DNA of 56,279 nucleotides, counting the filler, from Dugesia japonica (taxonomy: Eukaryota), in assembly GCA_001938525.1 (NCBI GenBank). It is 5 parts of 5 records of this genome, joined end to end, with 100 filler letters (N's around TTAATTAATTAA, not from the genome) between each part and the next. Parts side by side here need not be neighbours in the genome. Positions count along the whole stretch, not along the records: positions 1 to 11,287 come from MQRL01616675.1; positions 11,388 to 24,858 come from MQRL01591562.1; 3 more parts are not named here. One strand, given 5' to 3'. Made by a program: the position numbers and the translations under genes. Below the pieces are notes generated by a model. That model was not told the DNA's origin and did no database searches. It saw only the letters and a program-made list of their open reading frames with translations. Shown here one piece after another: positions 1 to 13,309 of the stretch; position 1 is the stretch's first letter, and each line of letters starts with the position of its first letter.

Positions 1-70
1 TTATTATTATTTTTATTATTATTATCATCATCATCATCATCATTATTATCTTTATTATTATTTATTATTA
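1..70. repeat. (ATT)n/(ATC)n compound microsatellite
   Basis: Direct reading of tta/tca triplet runs. Confidence 0.85.
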
Positions 71-204
71 TTAATATAAGGATTAAAATTGTTGAAATGT
101 TTTTTGTAGAAATATAATGAAACATAATTTACAATCATTCTTTAGAAATTATTTAAAATAAAATTAATTTAAAATATTTTCATTTCTAACATAAATAACT
201 AGAG

Positions 205-370
205 TTCATTAAAATAAAAGCTTCGATCAAAATTTGTTTTATTGATTTTGATAGTAATATTATCAAAAACAATAAAACAAATTTTATTCGAAGTTTTTAT
301 TTTATTGAAATCTCAAATACGATCAATGGTTACGTCCAACAATTATTCTCGCAATAATTATTGTAATTGT
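205..370. repeat. Dispersed Penelope-like terminal repeat with an inverted duplication (hairpin 205-309)
   Basis: Arm ttcattaaaataaaagcttcgatcaaaatttgttttattgattttgata is followed by its near reverse complement. The downstream cgatcaatggtta.gtccaacaattattctc.caataatt recurs at about 2176-2222 (+) and 35175-35265 (-). Confidence 0.6.
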
Positions 371-604
371 AAAATGAATAACTAAACAAAGTTTTTTACT
401 AAGTTCAAAAATTGTAAAACAAAAAAGAAACTTTTAAAAATAATAAATTTTCTATTTACACTTTTCGCTTTATTAAAAACTTAGAATTTATTAATAGTAA
501 TAAAGAAATAATTTTATCAAACATTTATTGGTGAAAATTATTTAAATTCTTCAAAAAATAAATTTGCAAAATAAAATATTGAGTCAAAGTCTTCGTGGAA
601 GACA

Positions 605-1212
605 TTATAATTATTTGATATTGATTTTATTTATCAGTATTATATTGATTATTCGATATTGATTTTATTTATCAGTATTATATNNNNNNNNNNNNNNNNN
701 NNNNNNNNNNNNNNNNNNNNNNNNNNNNNNNNNNNNNNNNNNNNNNNNNNNNNNNNNNNNNNNNNNNNNNNNNNNNNNNNNNNNNNNNNNNNNNNNNNNN
801 NNNNNNNNNNNNNNNNNNNNNNNNNNNNNNNNNNNNNNNNNNNNNNNNNNNNNNNNNNNNNNNNNNNNNNNNNNNNNNNNNNNNNNNNNNNNNNNNNNNN
901 NNNNNNNNNNNNNNNNNNNNNNNNNNNNNNNNNNNNNNNNNNNNNNNNNNNNNNNNNNNNNNNNNNNNNNNNNNNNNNNNNNNNNNNNNNNNNNNNNNNN
1001 NNNNNNNNNNNNNNNNNNNNNNNNNNNNNNNNNNNNNNNNNNNNNNNNNNNNNNNNNNNNNNNNNNNNNNNNNNNNNNNNNNNNNNNNNNNNNNNNNNNN
1101 NNNNNNNNNNNNNNNNNNNNNNNNNNNNNNNNNNNNNNNNNNNNNNNNNNNNNNNNNNNCAGCATTATATTGATTATTTGATATTGATTTTATTTACCAG
1201 CATTATATTGAT
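605..1212. repeat. About 38-bp minisatellite collapsed across an N gap
   Basis: Unit tatattgattatttgatattgattttatttatcagtat is seen on both sides of the gap. Confidence 0.75.
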
Positions 1213-2071
1213 TAGAATGACAACTGTTGTTATCGGAATTTATAAAACTCATAATTACTAAAATTATTCACCATCGATTTTAATTGAAAATATTTTAATT
1301 AAAACCATAAATCAAAGTTATATTAATTTAAAAGAAGTTTCAATTTACAAATATTTAATTTAATAAATTTTAAAAATACTTCTAATTAAGATTATTATCG
1401 AACTTCCGGAGAAATTCAAAAAATAAAATCATTTATTCTGTATTTTTTATTGGAATATTATAAATCTGCGAATTACAAAAATTAGTTTTATATAAAAAAA
1501 TAATAATAAATAATTATACTAATAGAATTTTTACTTTCAAAAAGTTAGTTTATTATCTCTTAAAATCATATAGTTTTTTGTAAAATATAAATAATTAATC
1601 CAACTCGAGATATAATATAAGGAAAATCATTTCTACAATATTTTTTTTATAAATCTTTAAATTGTATTTTTCAGTCGAAGAGAAATTCAACCAATTTAAA
1701 GTAATATATTTGATTATTTCTGTTGAGATGAAATCTTAATTTTAAAAGTCATTTTCTAATCAAATTCATCTTTCTTCTGCAATCGAATTAAATTTTCTTG
1801 ATTGGTAAACAGTTGGATCACTTTCACATAAATTAAATTAAACTTCTTTCTATTTTATTATTGTAATATTTTGTTTTAATTGAAATATTAATATCTTGTT
1901 TTAAAGTTGTTATTGTTAATTTTTATAATTTTCAATTTATGAATTCTGATCATTTATAAATAAAGATCTGAATTATCTGAAAAATAAATTGTCTGAAATT
2001 TGGAATTTATCAGAAATTTAATAAATAAAATAATTCGTTCTTTTAAAATTATAAATACGTTTTAAAAAAGT

Positions 2072-2108
2072 CAATTACTGACGAAGACAATGTCGAAATA
2101 TCGAATTG
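2072..2108 (+). ncRNA. Minimal type I hammerhead ribozyme core (Penelope-associated type)
   Basis: caatt-a-CTGACGA-agac-aat-gtc-GAAA-ta-TC-g-aattg: CUGANGA and GAAA boxes, GAC/GUC stem II, palindromic A-UA-U stem III, CAAUU/AAUUG stem I. Confidence 0.6.
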
Positions 2109-5100
2109 TTATCAAATATCAATAAAGAAACAAAAAATTTGATCGAAGCTTTTATTTTAAATGAATTCTGTAAAACGATTAATGGTTATGTNCAACAATT
2201 ATTCTCGCAATAATTGCAATTGTAAATATATATATATATGGAACAGCAATGCTTCTCAATTTAATTCGAAAGGTGCTGCTATTGCGTTAAAACACAACTT
2301 TAACCTCCAGTCACCTATCGATTGATATTGCACTGTTTCAAATTAGTTCTCAAATGATTTCTAATGAACAATGAAGTCAGTTTGTACTGTTGCATAATAA
2401 CAATTAATGTAACATTTTTTTCATTAGTAGTTACTTTGTTGTAAATAAAAAGATTTTTATAATGTACTATTGTTGTTAAAAAAACCTTTTCCCTAAAAGT
2501 TGGTGCCCTAGGTGGCTGCCTATGTCGCTTATGCCTTATGTCGCAAAAATTATTTAATCCTTAAATATTATTTAATGATTAATATTTATGTTTCTTTGCA
2601 AAAATAATTTTAAATAATATAGTTTAGTAAACAGTTTTTAGAAAATTTTTAAAAGTTGAGTAATGTAAGACTAAAGAATTAGATAAAACTGTTTATTTCC
2701 TTTTTAGACAGCATCTTGTCAAAGGACTAACGTCAACTCTAAAACAAATAAAAAGATACGATAGATCGGTGTATTAGAGTTTCGATAGATTACTTTAAAG
2801 AATTTTGTGAAACTTCTGTAAAAACTTCGTAAAAATTAATAATAATTAAATTTTTGATTATGCTAACTGTTCTATTGCTGCTGCTGAATTGGCGTGGAAA
2901 AAATAAAAATTGCTTATTATTTTCAGTATCATTTTAAACAAAATGATACAAGTATATTTTATAAAAAATCTAAATTTCGTACAAAGAAAATACATGTTTT
3001 TTTACTTAAATCTGGCGTAGATCAGGTTGATGATGTAGTATTGAAATTAAATTTGACTTATTATAAATCTTTTTTGCGGCTTGAAAGATAAATTATTCTT
3101 AAAAATCTTTTTTGCAGCTACTTGTAAGAATTTTTTGTTGAAAATTAATTTTCAAATCTTAATAATCTGATATAGTTTGATTTCTGTCAAATCAAATTTA
3201 ATTCATTTAAAAATTTCTTTTGTCTTACTTTACACCAATCTTGCTTTATTAAAAAATTTTAAATTACAATAAAATAAACTAATTAAGAGTTGTTCAGAAA
3301 TAATTTCGAATTGATGTCTAGACTGTGAAGCATTTTGTGTTGTCAGTATTTTCAAATTAATGTGAAGTTGTTACATGTCTATTATCAATGAAAAGTTTTT
3401 TTTGGCATTAAACGTAAAGATAAAAAAGTATAACTGAACAGAGTTTTTTGAATTAGTTATCATTTAAAAAAATTTTATTATTATTTGAAAAACCATATTT
3501 ATGATTATATTTTCTATTGAAGTAAGTAAATAGTAGCGCACTGCACCACCCCTCTCACCCACTGGTGCTGAAATATACTAGGCTGAACTTTGACCTGGTG
3601 CTGAAAGTTGTATATAGAAATACATGCGCAGAAATTCAAATTTTGGTATTGACTTTTTGCGGTAATACTTCGTTGTACAGATATCACCATGGTATTGTTG
3701 GATTCATAATGACATGACGGATCTTATAGTACAATCCCCGGTTCAATCAAATGTGGCGGTGAAAAGTTAAAAATCAAAGGTTGATTACAGTAGTANNNNN
3801 NNNNNNNNNNNNNNNNNNNNNNNNNNNNNNNNNNNNNAAAAGTTTAAAATTTTAAAAAAATGGTTCACATCGCATTGATTTTTAATCTTACATAAAGAAT
3901 AATGAGATTTTATTGTTATGCTTTCTATTATTTTATACTTTTTTCTAACTTTTACAAAAATAATTTAAATAATGTTTTTAGCACTGCTTTTTAATTGCAA
4001 AAAATTTAATTGCTGTGTTGCGGCTTGAAAAGGTTTTTCCAATACTGGTATAGAATATGGAACAAATTTTTGCGGCATCAGCGTATTTCAATATTAATAG
4101 GCTTAAAACATTTATTTATCTTTATTATTTTTTCAATAATTATAATATTATAAATTATTTAATTATAATTGTTACAAAAGTTATTTAACAAAATAATATT
4201 TAATTAAATACTTGAATTATTTACAGTAAAATTACTTAAAAATAATATAAAATCATATCTTAAAACATATTGACAGAAGTTTAAAAACTCTTATTTTCAA
4301 TAAATAATATTCTATGCAAAATTAGTAATAATAATCAAATTCATAGAAAGTTTTGTATAAAAACCAAAAGGATTTACTATTAGAATAAATATACTTGTTC
4401 ACACTACTAGTTTAATTTATTTTCGCAGTCTGACTTTATGATCGCGTTCAATAATCTGAGAAATTGAACTGGTTATATTCAATATGATGGCCAGAAAAAA
4501 ATATCAACACATTCTGAAGTTTGATTAAAATTGGTAGATAAATCTGTAACATACATCTTTGCATTGAAAAAATTAACACTTTTCATTCCGAGGTTTATTC
4601 AAGACAAAACAAAAAACACAAACTATCAATTTGTTTTTTTTAAAAAAATTTTAAAACAAGCTAAACATTTTTATTTAGTTTTATAAATTCCAAAACAAAA
4701 AATTTTAAAAAATTATCATTTTACAAAATTTTATAATTAACAAAAAATATTTTTTAATTACATTTCGAAAAATTTCATTGAAAAAGATTTTAATAGAAAT
4801 TAAATTATTTAAACGTTTATTTTAAAATTATAGCAAAAATTAAATTGTAAAATTAACTCAACAAAAATTATTTTATTGAACTAAAACTTAATTTTAAAAT
4901 ATTGAAATTTTAAATTTCCTAACTTTATTCTATGAAGTTATTTTAATTATTTAATAAACTATTCTCGTTAACAACTTCGGTCGAACTATCAAAAAATTTA
5001 ATTGTCTCAAACCATGCTTACAACTATGAACCCAAATAAGTTATTTTTATTCTCGATGCAGTCCATTATAAAATCTGTATAGTATAATAATTTGTTGACA

Positions 5101-5852
5101 ACAACGTTTGTTTGTTCAACTTATGTTTTTAATCAAATTTCTAAACGACATCGACTCGCTATTTTCTGGAACTATGTCTGAAATCTTTAATAATCTTTTA
5201 AAAATGATTTTTTATATTTATTTTTAATGGAGTAAAAATAAAATAAGAATGGCTACAAGTCTTTGAAAAGATTTTCAATTTCGATCTACCCAATTGTTTT
5301 GAATTCTCTCTAGGTTAATTAATTGATTTCTTAATGTGAAATTGCATTCTAGTCTTAAACGTTTTTCACTAACGTTTGTTACTAACAATAAAATTTTTAA
5401 TTATTTCATTCTGTAATTTTATTTAACAGCGTGATTAAAATTTTAATTAGTTTTTATTTGCCTTTACTAAATGGAAATACTACACGGTTTGTAAATTTTT
5501 ATCTCAAAATTATATTTAATAATAGGTCTATTATATATATATGTGTGTGTGTGTGTAACCATTTGAATACCTTTTTATTTATATCTATCTCAAGAGACAC
5601 TACTCAGATTTACTACTGAGATTTTTCATAATTTTCGTTTACCTACTTAACAGGCGTGTATTTTCTTAAACTAACTTCAATTTCATTGTGTCGCAGGTCT
5701 CCCAGATAGATTTGCCATGGTTTATTTATTTTCTACTATTATTTTATTTGATTTAATTCTTTCTAATTTCTATGTCATACCAAATAAATTGTTTTATTTA
5801 ACATCAATTTACCATTTTATAGTCATTAAATTTTGAATTAATGACTGCTAAT

Positions 5853-6065
5853 TAATTATGTCAACAAGGTTTTGGTAGAGGAAATAAAGAAGAAGTTTGA
5901 CAATTGATGACAGGAGGAAGAGGGTGCTCTAAATTGACTTGATAAATTTTTTACGAGAAATTTAATAAATCCACAAATAGTTGTTAAAATATTGTTTATT
6001 TGTATGGAGAGATAAACATTTGTGACATAATTTTATTAGAGGATCCTTGAAAGTTTGTGTTAGTT
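5853..6065 (+). mobile_element. Degraded copy of the MITE at 15245-15536, inverted
   Basis: Colinear similarity with the reverse complement of 15310-15528 (taattatgt.aacaa...aaatttaataaatc...aattttattagagg...tgaaagtttg). Confidence 0.6.
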
Positions 6066-9000
6066 ACTGATAAACTTTCTGAAAAGTCCATTAAATTCAA
6101 TAAATTTTTATTTATAACACAAAATTTCGAATCTTCAAATCTTNNNNNNNNNTATGTTTTTAAAAGCTGAATATTTAAACAAACATTTTAAATATTTTAA
6201 AAAAATCTTGAAATCTTTTATAAAATTTTTTTCAAACTTTAAATTGCGATTTTCAATTTTTAATCTTTGCAGTTTGCATTAAGTANNNNNNNNNNNNNNN
6301 NNNNNNNNNNNNNNNNNNNNNNNNNNNNNNNNNNNNNNNNNNNTGAACTTTTGTTTCTATGATTGGGATCAATTTCTTATACAAATCTTTTGTTACGCCC
6401 ACTGAATTCAAATATTTGAAATCTGAAAAATTTTAATTCAAATTTAAATAGTTGTGGTTGTAATTTATCTTATGGATTACAAATATAAAATCGAAAATTT
6501 GGGAAAAAAATAAAAACTTTTTTTTTTGAAAAAATTTTGTTACTTTAATAAAAATTTTAAAAAGAAACAGTTTTTTGAAAACTTTTTTATTTTCAAAACT
6601 AGTTTATTTTCGTAATTTGGAAAATATTTAATTTTTTAATTCGCAGATCAATGGGTAAACATTTTAAACAAAAAGTGAATAATTACACAAAGTGTTATTT
6701 TCACAATAAACAAAAAAATATTTTCTTATGCTATACAAATTCTCAATGTGTAAATTAATTTCAGAATTTATCTAATTTAATCTTTTCATTAATAATATTC
6801 CCCTTTCCTTCAACGTAATTTGGCATATTTGATATTATCGACGGAATTCCGATCATTTACATTGTTTACTGTTAATAAATTTTGTATAAATGACCTCATT
6901 TTTATATTTTATGACCTCATTTTAATAAGTAGATCTCGATCAATGATCAAAATTTCAAAATATATTTTAACAAATTAAATATTGTTGTGTCTAACAACCG
7001 AACTTTCAATTAGGATTTTTCTTCGTAGTAAATTATCAAACTGAACCATCAAATAATGATAAAATACTTTAAAAATAGACATTTGTTTTCATTTTTCTCT
7101 AATTTTCATTTTTCAATAAAAATCAATTGAAGTAAAGCAACTTTTGTTGTTAATTTATTGATAATGAATTTGACTTTATCAATCTTTATAATAGAACAGT
7201 TATTTTTAACCGGTAGTCTACAGAACCTTTGGAGTCAGTTTCTTCTTTATAACACGAGACTTTAAAATTTTTGATTAATTTAAGACTTGTCAATAGTAAA
7301 TATTTGGTCTACAAGTTTGACTTTGCCGTTTGTATTTATTATAATTTTAGTTAAATACAATTTAATTAATGTAAATTATATTGCTGTGTAAATAATATAC
7401 ACTTTAAGCGCTATCTATAACAATGTAAGAAATTGTAAACATGTTTTTAAACAATTTAATTTTTTTTCATATTAGATGACAATGAAAAAGAGGTAAAAGC
7501 AGCAAAGTCAAGCTTGTTGACTTAATACTATGATAACAATTTATTGAAGGTTTACGTTCAATTTTAATTTGAATACAAACAGTTTTGTTTTGTTTGTGAT
7601 ATAAAATAGTATAATAATAACGACAGATAAGTAGATAGAAAGAAGGACTCTAGCGCATGGAGTAGGTGCTGCCATTGCAACAATAAATAGGTAGCGGTAA
7701 ATAGACCACTGTTACAATGGAAACCATATTTAGGTCACGGTAACTAGGTGTAATAATCATTAAATTTATTTATAAGATTTCTTTAATTCTAAAATAAAAC
7801 TTTTCATAAATAAATCTATAAAGAGACAAATCTTAAATATGTTATACAATTTATCCATTAGTTTAACTAAATTTTTATAATATAAAAACAGGATATATTT
7901 AAATATTTAAATTTTTTCATTTATCTTTATTATCGTAATTATCATTTTCACAATCTTCATCGTTTTCAACATTCTGGTAATCACTTGAAATATCGGATAA
8001 ATTATTTATATTTCATTCTTCAAACAAGGACTTATCTCTGTCGTCTTTCATAATAAATAATTGTTTTATTTAAAATGATTATTTCTAGAATAAAATTTGA
8101 AAATCATTTGAAAAAACGTTAATTAGGACAGTAACCTTAAATGATAGTTTTACAAATGTACCATATATACATCATTGACCTGTAAAATGTTAAAATGCGT
8201 CGTTTTGTTATAACATAATACTAACGAATGCAAACGAATTCACATAATCATAATTTTACCACTGAAGTTTAAAGTACAGCTAAATTCAAAACTTAAATTT
8301 TGAAATTAAAAGTTTATAAAGTACTACAATAGTAACAAACTAAAAACATGAAATTAAAAATTTTAAATAATAACCAAATATATATACATACACCAATACC
8401 TCATTTTGCGACGAAAAAAAATCGGCTAATAGTTTTGCGCCGTTTTCCAATAACCAAACTATAACTGAAATCTTATATAAATATAAATATTTTTTTTACT
8501 TTCACTGTGTGTAGCTGAAACATTTCTTTAATGTCTAGGTGTCAAACAACAAAATTATATTTTAATTTAAATCCAAAATATATCTGTACAGTTTATTTTG
8601 ATTCTTGTTAACAATTATGTGTAAGAATTTACATCACTTGATTTCAGTTTGATAAAAATTATGTAAACGAAAACTTTGTTTTTAAAAATCGAACAAATGT
8701 TGCATCGTNNNNNNNNNNNNNNNNNNNNNNNNNNNNNNNNNNNNNNNNNNNNNNNNNTTATTTTTTATTTAATTTGAGGAAAATAAGATTTAATTTTAAC
8801 GTCTTATTTTAATTTTAATGATTTCTTAACTTTAATATTCTATATAGAATAAATAAATTTATTAGAAACTAAATTGTTTTATTTTGGAAAAAACCGTTTT
8901 AATTTAGCATTAATGTTTTAGTATATTTTCATATAAAAAGTTATTTCGAGTTGCGACGATTTTTTTGGAACCAATTATCGTGGCAAAGTAAGGTATTGGT

Positions 9001-9240
9001 ATATATATGTATATTAAAAAAAATTAACGAAAAAAAGAATTTACATATTCAGATGAATTCAAGAAAGATCAATCTAACTAATCTTTTTAGAAACCATGAA
9101 AAAAGAGTTGATATTTTTATTTACAGAAACAAAACAACTGATATTTGTAAATATTCTATTATATTAATTATAATATTATACTCTTTATTATATTATAAAG
9201 AGAAAGCTTTGATCAAAATAAAATGTATTTTTTTATAGAA

Positions 9241-9274
9241 ATTCAAATTTTTGGCACTTGTCTTCTTCAGGAAT
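9241..9274 (-). ncRNA. Degenerate hammerhead ribozyme core
   Basis: Reverse strand attc-CTGAAGA-agacaagtgcc-AAAA-attt-gaat. Stem I AUUC/GAAU is kept but GAAA is mutated; the flanks match the 37395-37600 repeat. Confidence 0.4.
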
Positions 9275-11287
9275 ATAATGACTTCTTAATAGATTCAATT
9301 GGATGATAGAACTTTAATACAAAATTCTTTTATTTTATCAAAATTTTATTGGTTTATCTAAATTATACATTTTTTATTTAAATTAAATATTAAAAAAAAT
9401 TCATTTAAATAAACTGAAGGTCTCTCAATTATTATTGGACTTTGATATTTTTTTTATATAATTTCAATATATTTGGAAATTTTTAAAAAAATTTTCTAAT
9501 TTTAATTATCATAAATTACTACCAATTAAAATTTTATTATCATTGACTCATTATTTTTTTTAGAAACAACACTATATAATAGACAATAAAATTTAAAATT
9601 GGTGTTTTTATCAATTTTAAAAGTACTGTCTATATGTACTAAACAATAATCCAATCCAATTACTTTTCTATCAACTCTTAATAAACATTCAAAAGCTTCT
9701 TCCAATTCATATTAACAAAAATCTTTAATCAATATTTTTTTTAAAAGGTTTTTTTTAATTTAATTTATACATATTAATATTTTTTAAGTTTTAATTATTG
9801 TAATTATTGAAAAAAAACGTTAATCTTAGGTTTATTCTCTTTATAATGTAATATTATAATATTATATATTATATAATATTATATTATACTATTATAACTA
9901 ATTTCAAAGATCACTTTTCTCGTTTGATTAATTCATAATTTATAATTTTTACATTTCTTCAATGTATTTTGTAGCTTTAAGTAATCATCATACAATATAA
10001 ATAAATAATATGTTAGACAAAAAGAACTATATATCATTATGCATCAAATGCGTTTTAAATTAAAGTAAACTTGATTTAATTAATTTTTGGTGGAATAAAT
10101 TCATTTCTTGTTCTGCCATTCTTCCATAAAATTAAAGTTATTGATTTGAATCTATTTTTTTTTAATTATTTTTTTAATAATTTTTAATATTTCACAATGA
10201 ATAATTGAGAAAGCAATAATTACAAAAAGTTTATTTAGACTAATTAAGAAATAATTAACATAAATATTAATATTGAAAAGATTGTAAACGAACAGTTTCA
10301 CTAATTATTTGTAATTAAAACTAATAAATCATTAAGATAATTTTAAAGTTTTTAGAGAAATCCTTTAAACAATTGAAATATTTGTTAATTAAAAGTTTTT
10401 TTTTTTGTAATATAAGAATGTAAAATTTTTAAGATGCAAATATCAAAATTGTTTTTTTTTTATTTTACTAGACTGTATAGTATTAATTCATCAGGAAAGA
10501 TTTTTTAATCTTTTCGACCATAAAAATATATAAAACTCAATTTGGATTAATTTGATTAAAAAAAAATTAAATTAATTAAATTAAATTAATTTTTATTTGT
10601 TAATAATTTGCAATATTAAATTAAATGGTTGTTACTGGTGAAATCTAGTCAAAATATAAAAGAAAACAATTTTGACCTTCATATTTTGAAATAATATTTG
10701 TTTGATTAATATAGATCGAAGATTAACAATGAAAAGCAAAAATGTATGCATATTGTGTATATGTATATTATGTATGTATATGTATATTATGTATATTGTG
10801 AATGCTCTAAATCAGGCATGAACAGCTATTTTTGTTCAAGGGCCAGTTTTAATTTTTAAAAAGTTTTAAGAGTCGGAGGTAAATATCCATAATTTGTTAA
10901 TGTATTTATAATAAAATTCTATTGAAAGCATATGTATGTAGTATACTACAACTGTGAAACGTCAAAGTTTAACTTTAATAAAATATACAGATTTTATTTT
11001 CACAACACCTTTTCTTTAGAATTATAATAATTGTACACTTATCAAATTTGTTTATACATACTTAGTCCAGGATGACTAAATCACTGATCAAATTATCTAA
11101 CAGTATTATCAATCTAGTTCTAGTTTTAGTTAGCGCGACATTTGGCAGTTCTTATAACAACATAAATCCGAAACATTTGCTTTGATATTTGATTTTGTCA
11201 CTCGTAATTCGTTTGACAGATTATTCTCAGTCGGCTTACATCTGTTATTGCTCTTTATTTGTTTCATCTTAGAAAATAATTTTTCAC

Positions 11288-11387
11288 NNNNNNNNNNNNN
11301 NNNNNNNNNNNNNNNNNNNNNNNNNNNNNNNTTAATTAATTAANNNNNNNNNNNNNNNNNNNNNNNNNNNNNNNNNNNNNNNNNNNN
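11288..11387. other. Artificial contig-join spacer N44-TTAATTAATTAA-N44
   Basis: Exactly 100 nt, with an all-frame stop linker identical at four sites. Confidence 0.95.
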
Positions 11388-12291
11388 GTGGAGTCACTTG
11401 CGACCACGGATCAATAAATGTTGGGTGTTACAGGCTTTTGGTCTTGTTTTTCCATTTTTTTTATTACAGAGACCCAAGTGATATGTATGTCACTCAATGC
11501 TTATAATTTGTGAAATCTGCAGAGGCAGTAGTAGATAGAAATGTATGGTGTCAGATCTAAATTTTTTTTAAGCCAAACACAGAGTTATTTTTCTTGTATT
11601 CTAATGACCATCGGTGAACGTTAATTAAGTTTGGATTCCTTTACTGGAGTATTGCTTTAGTTCATTTATACTTTATTATATTCGTATTAGTGTTGCAGAT
11701 GTTAAATTTTTGATATTTATCAGTGAATAAATTGAAAGATACTAAGCTGTCGAGAGGAGAGGAAACCGTTCCCCCGAGATGGAAAGAGGAGCGTCCAGAG
11801 TTAAAAAATGAAATCTTGAGGTTGAAGGGGTAGGTCTTGAAATCGACTGCCAAATATAATCAAATTAAGGAGAAGGAACTGTTNNNNNNNNNNNNNNNNN
11901 NNNNNNNNNNNNNNNNNNNNNNNNNNNNNNNNNATGGCCGATATAATTAAAACTTATGCGGATCGAGAAGGTTCCATGTTCGTTTCACTGCGGACATTAT
12001 GGCTCAAGTACCGATCCCCAGAGGAAACAAGCACAATTACGGAGTCGACGATCGATTTGAATGCCGAATAAATGGTGTGTACTATAAAATAAATATTAGT
12101 GAGTGTTGGTCGGAATGATTTATGTACTACCGTACAACTTACTTATTTGCATCAACTAGATTTGTTGTACTGAGCATGTTAGATTAGTATAGACTGGGTT
12201 CACAGTTTGTTTTTTGTTGTTTGAGTAAGACGCGATACCGCAAAGTCGTGCTGAACCCGTGGAAAGAAAGGGGCATGTCACAGAGGTGACA
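11388..12291 (+). mobile_element. Possible LTR retrotransposon remnant (LTR end, short internal region, PPT)
   Basis: aataaa...tgttaca at about 11414-11431; GC-richer internal stretch; polypurine ggaaagaaaggggca (12261-12275) abutting TGTCAC. Confidence 0.35.
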
Positions 12292-12544
12292 TAAACGCTT
12301 GTGGTTTTTAGGTATGCTCCTAGACAGGTACATACAATAAAATTATTGGAAGCGGGAGCGGTGAATTTAAAGCATGCAGTTCGAATACCAAATCTTAAAA
12401 ACCCAACAATTTTAAGCTAAAGGTAAACAATTAATTTTTATTATTTAAAATTTAGAGACTGTAAAGATTATTTAATATCTTTTTAAAATGGTTTTTCTTA
12501 CTTTTGTTAAGTAGTACTTTATTAAAAAAATTTTAATATTATTA

Positions 12545-12847
12545 CAGAGGTGCGCAACCCACAGACTGTGGACCGAATCCGGCCCGCCAAAGTATTTTTT
12601 CGACCCTCTGTCAAATTATGATAATTCTGGTTTAGAAATGATGTATTTATATCTATCTATCGGGTTTATTCCAAATATACGACCAATGAAGAATACAGAG
12701 ATGAGTGGACAAGAAACTACTACGAAAACGTGCTCTACAAAATTAAATATATTATAAATTATAAAACATAGATTTTCGAAATTGCGGCTCTCTAAAATTT
12801 TAGAATGTTCAATTTAGCCTTTGGCCTAGAAAGGCTGTGCAACTTTG
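12545..12847. mobile_element. hAT-type MITE
   Basis: Ends cagaggtgcgcaac and gctgtgcaactttg, with subterminal ccggcccgc typical of hAT non-autonomous elements; TSD degraded. Confidence 0.5.
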
Positions 12848-13309
12848 TACTAAAGTTTTATATTTTACTTCTAATTTAAAGTTTGTTAGATTACAAAATC
12901 TATGGCATTATTGAAAGACGATTTATAGAAATTTATTGCTAACTTATTTTGAAATTTCGATCAGATAATTATTATTAAATTTTCTGGTTTTTCATAATTA
13001 TTGAAAACTCGAGCTGTCGAGTTTCTTTCTATCCAAAGCCTGGACTATTCAAGTTTTTTATATCAATTCAAAATCTCAAATTTACCTTTACAATTTTTAA
13101 CTTTAGTTTAACTAGGTCTTTTAAATACAGACATAATCAGTATTATTTTGACTTTTCTTATCAGATTCTACAAAACAATTATCTAACTATTTATAAAAAT
13201 GATATAAGTTTGAATAGAAAATTGTGATATAAAAAGTGTATTTAAAACTACATGTTGATTTTATGGTTTAAATAAGGCGACACAAATTAAAATTGAAAAT
13301 TAAATTGGG

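Noticed and set aside
1260-3430. Possible Penelope RT (ESDPT) and hAT transposase traces
   Set aside because: Too degraded to support by eye; a translated profile search is needed.
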